Positions 1 through 10,496 of a stretch of DNA of 64,000 bases are shown one piece after another; position 1 is the stretch's first letter, and each line of letters starts with the position of its first letter. The DNA comes from Yuukianura sp. NJ FZ-2021 (lineage: Eukaryota): the NCBI GenBank assembly GCA_046563655.1, contig CM102286.1, positions 11,036,001 to 11,100,000 of the forward strand. Direction: 5' to 3'. The notes beneath the pieces were generated by a model, which did no database searches, was not told the DNA's origin, and saw nothing but the letters and a program-made list of their open reading frames with translations. The translations under genes and the position numbers were made by a program.

Positions 1-61
1 TACCAACTATTCACGTGTGTTCTTTGATCCAAACTTCTAAAGACTTTGTGTCATGGCTATG

Positions 62-3000
62 TTATGCCCGAGAGACAAACCTGACTACGCATGGTTTTGG
101 AAGAATTGAAAGTGTTACAGCTCCAGGTTCGAGTGATGGTTCATGCCCTTCTTTGACCTCAAGTGAAAAAGTCAACAGAAGAGAAACCACAAAACGAAAT
201 AAAGTATCCATTGCCATTGTTTCTCCCGGACAAACGCGTTTTCCTAAAAAATTCAAAATCTCAAAGTCGAAATTTCCAAAAACCGTAATCCCTATCCTGC
301 ATAACTGCACAAGTGATGTAATAACTTATGTAACCGCACGACTTATGTAATCCGAGCGTAACATAGAGTTATAAAGCTTGTTTAACTCGAAATTTGGATT
401 ATTTTCTCTTAATAATAACTTCTTTTTGCAAAATTTCAAACTTTTTGAAAACAGCACATCTGATACGGCTCCGTGGCGTAAGCAATTCAAATCCAAAACT
501 AGTATGACTCAGCAATGTGAAAATTGAAAAATTTCAAAAAAATATTTTGAAAATCAACAAAATTGGTACAAAGGCAAGGTAAATAGAATACTACAGGTAG
601 TGCGAACAGAAACTTTGTTAGGTTACCAAGGCATTTTTTTATGACGTCACTCGTTGAAAAATACCGTAATCGTCAACTTATTATCCGAGGCGCGAATCTA
701 AACATCAAACGGTATATGGGTTTCTATAGGATACCATCATTATTCCCCGAATTCCGGTATTTTTCAACGAGTGACGTCACAAACAAAAGCTGGCGTTGGT
801 TGCTAAGGGCGCTGAACGCAGGGGGCTGGTACAAAGGTTGTTTTTTCGTGTTTTTAAAAAAATTAAGAGTTATGACAAAACCTCTTAGAGCATTTGTATA
901 AATGGTCGCTATAGCAACCTTGGTTATACCTATATATAACTCACCAAATCCGAAACAACTTGCTCGTTCCTTCTTTTCAGCGTTCAAGGTCATCTCATCT
1001 GGGTCAATAAATCGCTCTGGTCGGAATTGTTCTGGGTCACCCCAGTACGCAGAATCGTCGAATACGGGACGCAAGTTGTTGAGAATGCAAGTGCCTTTCG
1101 GAATGACGTAGCCCTCGTATGCAACGTCGCAAGTCGTTTGTCGCGGTGGCGGCATACTCCTAAAAGGACTGTGACGGATCACTTCCAAAATGACGGCAAT
1201 GGTGTACGGCATTCTACATCAAACGTAAATTTGTGAATAATGTTCAAAATTTGTACATTTTGTAAAGAAAAAAATGTGTTTTACAAAAAAGGAGTACTTG
1301 TTTGTAGCAGTGAGTGGTATGTATTTCGATCCATTTTCAGAAACGTTCAAAATTTCTTCGCGCGCTTGTTTTTGAACTTCTGGAAACAAAGTGAGGTAGA
1401 TCAGAGTCCAACTCATTACGGTACTCGTAGTTTCGCTTCCGGCCAAAAACAGATCCATGATAACAGCAATTAGTTGCTCCTCTGTTCAAAATTTTTAAAA
1501 TTTAAGATTCGATTTTTTTTTAAATATAGCTATCGCTGTACCGGTCATGATTGTATTGGGATTCCCACGATTTTTTTCAATTTCATCCAGAAAAACTTCC
1601 ACAAAACTCTCCGCTTTCTGGTCACTTCGCCCGAGTCTTTTCATTTTCGCATCTTCCACTAAATCCTGTCAGCAAAAATTAGAAAAACTGCTGTTACTAA
1701 AATTTTTAACTTTTTAACGTTTTTTTTTTGAAATTTTACCTCCATGACCTTCCAGCATGCTTTGTTAATTTCCTCTTGGCGTTTGTATCCACTCGTTTCC
1801 GGAAAAAATTTGAGAAACGGAAAAGCTGTGAGGAGATTTGTGGGGCGCAGAATTTCGAAAATTTGGTTGTTGACATCGATTTGTCTCTGGATAAATTCGG
1901 ACTTGGGGTCAAACCGGTACCCACCAACCGAATTCCATATGATGTTGAGTGAAGCAATACCGAACCGGTTCGAATCGACTTTCCACACTCCGTCGGAATT
2001 TTCTGAACTGTGCTGAATGTCGTTCATCAAGAAATCCATTTCTTCCTGTATCGTTTCGTCGTTTCCTTTTTTTGCGAATCCAAAATCACGCAACTTCCGT
2101 ACCGTAAATCTCCTTACATCAACCCATGTGTCATCAGATGACCAAGCAAGTCCTAAAAGCCAGAGCATTTTTGAATACGATTACTTAATCATCATCCGAT
2201 CACGATTGTGATTGATTACAGATTAATAATCTGTAATGTGTAATCAAATTGTAATTTGTAATCTGTAATCTACTTGTAATTGATTACAATTTCGCATTTC
2301 TCGTAATCGTAATGAGTAATCAAATTCAAAAATACAGTGTCAGATTACTTGACTGCACGGGAAAGTAGTCAGATTACACGGGAAAGTAGAAAATATCGTT
2401 AAATATTACCGCCATTGGAGCAGGAAGCATCATTTTAATTTAGTTAAGACAAACAAACATTTCTTAGATTATGATATTTTTTTGATTATGATTATGACTA
2501 CATGTAATCATAATCCGTTAAAGTAATTGATTATGATTTTCGTCGTGTAATCTGTAATCTGTAATCAATTACAATTTTTGAGTAATCAAAAAGGCTCTTC
2601 CAAAAGCACATTTAAAAGCAGTTTACAAATTTTACTGTAATTTACAATTCCGCTTTGGTGTTATTTCTACTAAGAGTGAACAAATTTTAAATTAAAGGAA
2701 ACAAACCTACAGACTAAATTTTGGAAATTGCTTTACCTAAATTTTTTCCTTTGGTTCTCTGCTCTGCAAAGAGAGATTTGTGACGTTGGAGAGTAAATTC
2801 CGGTCGCTTGAGCAAGTCCTTCATGATTTCAAATTTCGAAATTACAACTGAAAAGAAAATTTTGAGATTACTAAAAATAGGTATGGCGACGGTTGATTGT
2901 TATTCTCATGTGAATTCGTCATACTAGCGTGTATTTTCTTCCTACATGTATACGCCACTATTGTAGTGCAACTAAGGAGCTTTATGTAAATTCATTCATG

Positions 3001-3534
3001 TTTAGTTTACACATGGAGGTGCGACTAGTTGAGATTATGTATTTGTTGCTTATGTAAATGTGAATGTAGTTGAGGTCTTACCTGCGTAGGTGACGCCTAG
3101 CCAAATGGACATAATATCTCCATAAATGGCGCTTAGTCCCTTCATCTGACGACCTGGATACTCCTTGTCTATTCGCATCATCTGAGGAATACATCCAAGA
3201 ATTGGCCAACAAAATGGACCTAACAGGAAACGTAAAACATATTAGATATAATATGTATATATAATATATTTAACATATATAATATACAGTGCAAGTCAGT
3301 ATTAGCTGACGCTGGCTATACACTATATACATAAAATACATACATATATAAAATACATAATATAGTTAATATAAATCATAGTACCCAAAATATACAGAAT
3401 ATAATAGTTGTATTACTGTTGTACGTCATTTTACCTGGCGGTAGTTTTCCGCGTTGTTTTGTGGTTTTCCATAAAAAGTAGATCACCGTTCCGATCAGCA
3501 GCAGAAGCAAGAGAACAAGAGATGAACCCACCAT
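62..3534 (-). CDS. Cytochrome P450, CYP2 clan (8 coding exons, appears intact)
   Basis: Spliced reading gives the N-terminal anchor MVGSSLVLLLLLIG, PPGPFCWPILG, WVDVRRFTVRKLRDFGF, I-helix AGSETT, EVIR (ExxR), PERF, and the heme motif FGFG|KRVCPG split by the last intron. All introns are GT-AG and phase-compatible. Confidence 0.93.
627..922. mobile_element. MITE-like element in last P450 intron with a perfect 25-bp internal inverted repeat
   Basis: Ends are CAAGG...CCTTG. 642-666 is the exact reverse complement of 755-779. No clean TSD. Confidence 0.55.
2161..2599. mobile_element. hAT-like MITE rich in GATTAC/GTAATC subterminal repeats
   Basis: TIR cagagcatttttga / tcaaaaaggctctt. 8-bp flanks ctaaaagc (2153-2160) and ccaaaagc (2600-2607). 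Many inverted GTAATC motifs. Confidence 0.75.
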
Positions 3535-3622
3535 TTCAAAATTTTGTAAGTACGTTGATTAAGAATTCTTTTAGTGTTGAGAGTTTAAGTTTTGTATATA
3601 TTGAACAGTCAATGTGGAAATT

Positions 3623-4012
3623 TAGTGTTGCTGGACGCTTAAACGTCCAGTGTCTTAAATTGCCACTTCCACTGGATATCAACTGGAAGAAATGCACCCG
3701 AATTGGATGAAACTTCTAGTGGATGGAAGAAATTCAGAATTTAGCGCGAAATTCAAACAAATTCAAATTTAAAATTACAAAATACTATCAAAAAGAGTTT
3801 CTCTTATCGGTAAAATTAATTATTTATTCAAAACTAATAGAAAAACGATATTTTCTTCGTTTTTGTACGGTATTTTTTACTGTTTATTCTTTTTGTATTT
3901 AATTAATTCAAACCCCGCGGGTAAAGCTCCGCCCCTTTGGATTCATCCATTTCTTCCACTGGATATCCAGCTGTGGATGAAATGTCGAAAAAGTGGATAT
4001 CCAGCAACACTG
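3623..4012. mobile_element. hAT-like MITE, family A copy 1, just upstream of the P450 start
   Basis: TIR tagtgttgctgga / tccagcaacactg. Flanks tggaaatt / tggaaatc. Homologous copy at 50516-50917. Confidence 0.85.
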
Positions 4013-4050
4013 TGGAAATCTAACCTAACCCTGGGTGTGCAATGTTGACA

Positions 4051-4150
4051 NNNNNNNNNNNNNNNNNNNNNNNNNNNNNNNNNNNNNNNNNNNNNNNNNN
4101 NNNNNNNNNNNNNNNNNNNNNNNNNNNNNNNNNNNNNNNNNNNNNNNNNN
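4051..4150. other. Assembly gap (100 N)
   Basis: Run of N. Confidence 1.
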
Positions 4151-4427
4151 TGTAAATTGTCCGCTTTTGTACGAGTACGATTTTGTATATCCGTTTTTGT
4201 CGGCGAGTCGTAATTCCCATTTGCTCAAACTTTTGCTTGAAAACAAAATCTTAGTAAACTTTTCTTTAAGTTGCGCAACACAAAAAGTTGGACTAACGTA
4301 GACTAAGTAGTGTGACATCAGAGCATCACGTTTGGCATCAGCATGTTACTAGAATTTAAAAGACAAACGTCTCTTGGAATTGATCATTTCTCAGTAAAAT
4401 TGAAATTATTTTCTTGAAGATTATATG

Positions 4428-4650
4428 CAGTGTTGTTCAGCGAAAAGGAGACACCCCAGAATCGTTTCTAGTCATTTTTTTTAAGTTTGCGATTTCTGGG
4501 GAAAGATTGAGACCGAAAAACGAAATACGTTTAGAGGAATTTATATTTCGCAGAGTATTTTTTGAATTTGGTACCCATCACCGCCACACAATTTTGAAAA
4601 TAAACAAAGCTTTGAGTTTGTTGGTGTCTACTTTTCACTGAACAACACGG
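4428..4650. mobile_element. MITE with ~28-bp TIRs (CAGTGTT-type end)
   Basis: cagtgttgttcagcgaaaaggagacacc at the left versus ggtgtctacttttcactgaacaacacgg at the right. Confidence 0.75.
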
Positions 4651-6056
4651 TAAAATATATGGCCGCATCCATGCGTCAACAAGAAACAAAGTTCGGCAGG
4701 GTCAAATGTTGAGTGAATCTATTAGTGCTGCGAGTTTGAGTAACGTGGACGCTTTCATGGGGATTCTTGTGACGATTCTGGTGAGGATGGCTCAAACTGA
4801 TTCTCCAAAATATATGCTTGATTTTCGAGATGAAGAAAACGACCTGGAAAAGGAAACAAGAAGATAAAGTCGAAACCGAACTTGACAAAAAGTTGAATTT
4901 GTAATCGATTAATCTTATAATATAAAACTTACGCATCCGAGTTCGCCGACGATTGTGAACTGGTTAAACCCGGAAGACTGCTACCTTGTGACCAACTATT
5001 TTGGGAGCTTGCATATCCCTTAATTTCAAAAGTTATTGGTTAAACTCCGACATGCAAGAGTCTTTGACATTTCGCAACTCGTCAGTTCATTTATATCTCA
5101 AGTTACTTGCATAATTTAATCACCTACAACTCTCGAGTGCTTTGTTCCTCGGGAGGGAGGTCTTTTAATCTTTTGTTGAACTTCTTGAACCACTTCAAGA
5201 ATAAATGCTCAAGAATAAATAATGTCCAAGTCCAAATCAATTAATGGCTGCCATACATTGGAGAAGCAAATCAAGAGTCCTGTTGATCAAAAATTCGAAG
5301 CTTTTGAAGATTATAGAGGATACAAATTCCTTAGAGGGAGTTTCTGAAAGAAAAAGAATGAGTTAAATTCGATTATAAAACTTAGTTGACTCAGTGTCAA
5401 ACGAGAAAAGCTTACACTGATATTTGTGCGAACGTTTTGAAAAAAACGTTTTGATAGTAATTGTTGTCATTGAAAATATCATGACTTAAGTAACTTTTTT
5501 GTTTCTTGTTTTTTGATTCGGTCTGGGTAAAGCCTGTGAGTGAATCCTGGGAAATTTATGAATTAACAAAAATTGTCGAATTCTCAAATCAGATGGATTA
5601 AGAGTCTTAATTTAAGACTCATGAAAATAAAGTTAATATTACTGATTTGAAACCAACCCTGCTTGAGACTGGAAATGCACAATTTAATATCATCAGCATC
5701 AATTCTCGAGATTCGGAATTCTACATATGAAAAACAAGTAATTATCAAGCAAACCCAATTATTGACATACTATGACCCAACAGCATTATTGTCTTCCGAT
5801 CGTGTTGCATGCAGGACATGATCTCATCTGACGTTTAATTGACACTACTTCTCTCTTCGAAATGAAAGGTTAGTTAAATCAAGGTTTGCCCTTCACCTAT
5901 ATATAATTGCTTTTTGGCTGTAGCAACCAACCTAATACTTAAAAAATCACTTTTACAATGAATAGTAGTCATTTCAGTTTTTATTACTTCTCGCATTACT
6001 AAATTATTGCTAAGCGTGTTGGCTCAAAACTAATGCCCACGGTCTTGAACCAATAA

Positions 6057-7919
6057 TTATTTTTCGGCAATCCATGAAACAGTCGCACAGGAAAGCCCGA
6101 CAATCCACAAGCAAAAAACCCCAAACAAACTCCGGAGATTGAGTCCTTTGCTGCCAATTTCACAATTTTGAATTTCCTTCAATTTTCTGGCTACTGTTGA
6201 GTTAGATGTGGTTCTGAGATGTCGCGACCCTTCAATTCTCTTTCTACGTTCATCAGATGCTATCCAGTGAGCATGAAGTCCTGCTGCACATGATCTTCCA
6301 ATAATTGCTGAAAAGTCTGCGCGAATAGGGTAGCCTTTCCGAAAGGCCCACACAATTCCAATGGCATAGTCAGTGTCATCACTACGTCGAAATGCCATGG
6401 ACCTTTGAGACGACTCGAGTGACATATTTTCAGCAAGACTAAACTCTCCTGCTTCAATGTAGTCTAGGCAAGCAGAGGAGTCAGTCATTAGGGCTAATGT
6501 GATACACTCCGCTGAAGAGTTGACAAGATGAATGCGTTTAAAAATGGCTTGATGAGTTGGCTTTTTTGAATTTTTGGTGTAATGATACACCCCGCCGCCG
6601 TAGAATCGGAAGAACAGCTTATAGTTGGAGAATGCTAGTTCCGAATGTGTCTTCGGAAGATTCACGACGTCTTCTGGATTCGATAAGGATGAAATTAGTT
6701 TCGAGCGATAAGCGGTTCCTACAAGAACAGAAAAGGCGGCCCAAAGACAAAAAAGGGCGCGAAACTGTGTTCGCGGCCACTGAATTAGGCTAGTGGCCTG
6801 ATCAAGCAGGATTTTGAAAACTGCCGCCAAAGCATTTGAAACTTTTTTCAAATTTGCACCACGATGAGCCAAAGTTGGATTGCATGGGCTCAAGCGGTAG
6901 TTGTAGTCAAAGAGCACACGCGCAATGACCAAACTGCAGTAAATGAAAGTTGTGAACAAGATGGCACCCCATAGAACGGGATTGAATGGGCGATAGACGG
7001 CGTTCCAGGAAAATCCTTTCGGAGAAACTCTGACGTAGAACACACGACGGTAGATGTCGTAGGTCGTACTGTAGTCAACGATGACGTCACGCCAATCCAG
7101 TGCTCCAATCATAACTCCAAATTCGGCTTTCCCGCTAACAATTTCTCCAATTGCTCCATTCCATGTTCCGTTTTTCAATTTCCATCCAGATCCTTCTTTA
7201 CTCGAAGAGAGTCGCAGTGTAAAATTGAATCTGGTTGCAGAGAAGCGCAACATCTCAAATATACTCCCTTGACCGTGAATCAAATTTTCGCGGTCGTCGT
7301 TCTGAAACCGTAATCTCTCTGGAGTTGGAGTACTTGACACTAAGATTGTTTTACCACTCAAATGACCTCCGCAGAGTTTTCCATTATCCATGCAATTTTG
7401 TCTCAAAATTTGAAAATTCCCATCCGTTCCAACAGATACCCGCCAACGGTATCGAAAATGGGACCAAACCGTGTCGCTTTTAGCCCCACACATATCGTAT
7501 TCGTATCTAGTCAATATTTGAACAAATTGATCTTCTTCTTTCCGAACAAGTCGTCTGAGCAATAGCATGCTTATAAGATTTTCTGCGTATTCGCAATTGG
7601 ATAGTGGTGATGAATGTGTCAGCACAATGGAACAGAAACCCGAGTACTTTTTGTTGAAAAAACGATATGAGTTGATCACTTCATCTTCTGAAAATTCTCG
7701 AGCAAAGTCTGCCATTAAAGTGTTTGAGCTTGGCAATTCTTTGATCAAGATTTTTGTTAATAAGTTAAGGTCAATGACCTCGAGGTCAACTGCGTCAAAA
7801 TCTCCAAGTGTGGTAAAAATCCACGTCGTATTGCAAGTGGAGTCGAATCGAATTGGAAAGCCATGTACAAATACGCAGAGTGGAAACAAATTAAGCCAAT
7901 GAATATTTTGCCACTGCAT
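6057..7919 (-). CDS. Divergent ionotropic receptor (IR, iGluR-related chemoreceptor), intronless
   Basis: S1 motif GWKLKNGTWNGAIGEIVSGKAE, VDYS, RPF..LW before TM1, AYRSKLIS.L after M3, S2 region and final TM LFGVFCLWIVGL. Likely start MQWQ (7919) followed by a signal-like segment. Confidence 0.85.
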   Translation of the reverse strand: MQWQNIHWLNLFPLCVFVHGFPIRFDSTCNTTWIFTTLGDFDAVDLEVIDLNLLTKILIKELPSSNTLMADFAREFSEDEVINSYRFFNKKYSGFCSIVLTHSSPLSNCEYAENLISMLLLRRLVRKEEDQFVQILTRYEYDMCGAKSDTVWSHFRYRWRVSVGTDGNFQILRQNCMDNGKLCGGHLSGKTILVSSTPTPERLRFQNDDRENLIHGQGSIFEMLRFSATRFNFTLRLSSSKEGSGWKLKNGTWNGAIGEIVSGKAEFGVMIGALDWRDVIVDYSTTYDIYRRVFYVRVSPKGFSWNAVYRPFNPVLWGAILFTTFIYCSLVIARVLFDYNYRLSPCNPTLAHRGANLKKVSNALAAVFKILLDQATSLIQWPRTQFRALFCLWAAFSVLVGTAYRSKLISSLSNPEDVVNLPKTHSELAFSNYKLFFRFYGGGVYHYTKNSKKPTHQAIFKRIHLVNSSAECITLALMTDSSACLDYIEAGEFSLAENMSLESSQRSMAFRRSDDTDYAIGIVWAFRKGYPIRADFSAIIGRSCAAGLHAHWIASDERRKRIEGSRHLRTTSNSTVARKLKEIQNCEIGSKGLNLRSLFGVFCLWIVGLSCATVSWIAEK

Positions 7920-8948
7920 ATCTTGACTTACTAACAAATAAAAGCAAACTTTTTTCTGAGACTTTTGTCTAGTAGCAGGACACTTATCAAAACAGTTATT
8001 ATAGTTGACAGTTGTCAATTTCAATAATAACAAAAACAAAATTACATGAAACACTTTCAATTTTCTCATACACGTAATTGTTGAGTTACAGCAAAACCCA
8101 AAAGACACACGCTCCTCAGGCCAAAGTGACAGATTGTCAATTGACAACCTCAAACGGAATCGATTAACTGCAATGCAAGCATAAACCGTGTTACTATTTT
8201 TCAACATTACTCAATTAATCTATTATACTAATCGGCACCTGTCATTCCGCAATCCAATATAGTTGCCTACTAGTTCGCTTATTACTAAAATTTTGGAAAA
8301 TCAACAACATTTCTTTTCTCATATACAGTGCCGTGGTCGAAGGGACTTCCCTTTGGCACCTATCAAATTTTTTTTTCCAAAAACCCTCTAAAACGTATTG
8401 ATACTCTCCACAACGTGGAATGAGAAAAAAATATTTTTTTTTTGAAACTTTGACGCTGGAGGCAAGTATTTTGGGTTGATGGGAGTGACCCACTCTTTGC
8501 CTCTTAGGTTGTGAACAGTTCTGAAGCGCGCCGAGGTCTTGAAAACAAAAAATTTCGGACTTGAGATTTTCAAACAATTCGTGTATTTCACGTGATAGTG
8601 ATTCGGTTTATGGATTTCACGTGAACGCTCCAATGAAACCCACCGAAACGTAATTCGGCAGTGGCAGTGGCAATTTTCGAATCCATGTATAATGAGAATG
8701 TTTAGGCGATCTTTTAAAAGGAAATACTCTTTATAGCTAGAGTACGTAAAAGGACGATTGGACGGGTCTCGGGCGAAGCCCCGGCAAACACTCGAATCAT
8801 GCTGTAACTCACCTGTACCGTATAGAATATTAAGTAAATCATAAAATCAAAAATATTGAATTGTTCAATTTGAAACGGGAGTAAAAAAAACTTTATTCAG
8901 TAAAACTTTTCGTGCCTGGAGTTTCGTATACGGAAACTCTGCTACCAT

Positions 8949-9697
8949 CTAAACTGCTATTTGCTGAAGTACGTCACACGCCGCACCTCCTAAGAGTGGC
9001 TCGTATTCGGCTTTAATTTGTTTAATAAATTTGAAAACTATGTAAATGACAAGCACTCGAATGACAAGAGTCAAGCAACTGGCGAGAGTCGACCAAAACA
9101 CAAACGTGCCAAAAACCAATCTCAAAACGAGTTGAATAAGTTGGAAACTCCACAGAAATAAACTAGTGCAGAGCCACGCCAACACCAGTTTGTGATTACG
9201 CTAAAAAACAATAATCTTAATTAAAAATTGAAACATAAAAACTTCGTTTAGCATTGAAATTCTACCTTGCTGGCTCCAATCCTTAGAACTATGCCCATAA
9301 CAAAACGAAGAGCGCTATTTGCTATCAGAAGGTACAAGAGATATATTGTCCAGGTATCTGTTAAAACAATGCAAAGTTGTGACGTGCCAAACGCTGATTT
9401 AAGAAAAAGCGAATGAATTTTTCGTTTTATCATATTTTACTTTCTGTGGCTTCAACTGGAGTCACATCTGTGTCGTTACTGATCTCATCATTCAGTGCAA
9501 TTAAATCCGCGACGGACGAGGAGATTCCTATTATTGCCAAGATCTAAAATAAAAATCAATTTTTGACAATGTATTTTAAAAGTGATATTTTTTAAACAAA
9601 TTCTTTAACAGTTTTTAAAAAATAAGAACGGATTACTGACAATGTCCACCATCCCTGCCCTCATGGCCCTTTGTTCCGGAGTAAGTCTGCGGCACAT
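8949..9697 (-). CDS. Small multi-pass membrane protein (LAPTM/DUF4728-like), 4 exons
   Basis: Spliced ORF MCRRLTPEQRAMRAGMVDI|ILAIIG...LRIGASK|RNHKLVLAWL... with four hydrophobic segments and GT-AG introns in phase. Confidence 0.65.
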
Positions 9698-10496
9698 TTT
9701 TGAATCGAAGAAGAACAAGGCAAAATGTTAAAAGTCAAAATATCTTCCAAAACACTTTTAGTAGAATGTTTTAATTTTAAATAATTTAAATAATAATTTA
9801 ATTTTAATAGTATTAATTTTAAAATCAAGACTTTGCTTCCAAAACTTTATACTTAAAGTTTAGTTTGATCCTACGCTCACTCTGCATTTCAAAGCTCGTG
9901 AATCATGAATCAAGTTCAAACTTTTTTAGCACTTACTAAATGGTATCTTATCACAAATTGACAATACAAGATTGCCGCAGAGTCACCAGTACTAACAGCG
10001 ATAATCGCTAAAGAACAAGTCAAAGGAGCTTGGGAATTGAAAACCATCATCGTCAAATGTTACCAATATCAACATTAATTGATTCATACACAAATTTTGG
10101 TCAAAAAGTTCATGCCCAGTTTTACCTTAAATAAACCAATGGCCGATTTTGAAGATCCTGGAAATTAAATAGTAGTGTAGTGCAACGTGGCACGCTGATG
10201 TTTGTTTTGTTTTTGCATGACGCATAACCATACGACCATGACTGTGACAGTGGAAGATTTTCATTCGTTACAAATTGGGGCCGAAGTAACGCAAGTAACG
10301 TAAGGGCTTGCGGCATCTTGTTTTAGGCTTGCGGCAACACCCTCCTTACACCTATTGCAAAAGCAAATAATATTCCTTCATGTCTAGATGTATTAGGGCT
10401 TAAATTGATTTTATTTTTCTTAGTTCACGGAACATAATGATCGCGGTTACTCATCAATATTTCGGAAAAGGAAATGAAACAAGAATAGCATTTTTT

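Noticed and set aside
3240..3410. TA-rich tract in P450 intron 1
   Set aside because: Simple low-complexity sequence with no further structure.
6020..6065. Possible frameshift shortening the IR C-terminus
   Set aside because: One extra A would add about 15 residues, but short tails are normal for IRs and there is no independent evidence.
7920..8207. 96-aa N-terminal extension of the IR ORF from a TTG start
   Set aside because: This is a eukaryotic gene; the ATG at 7919 precedes a signal-like peptide, so the extension is probably UTR.
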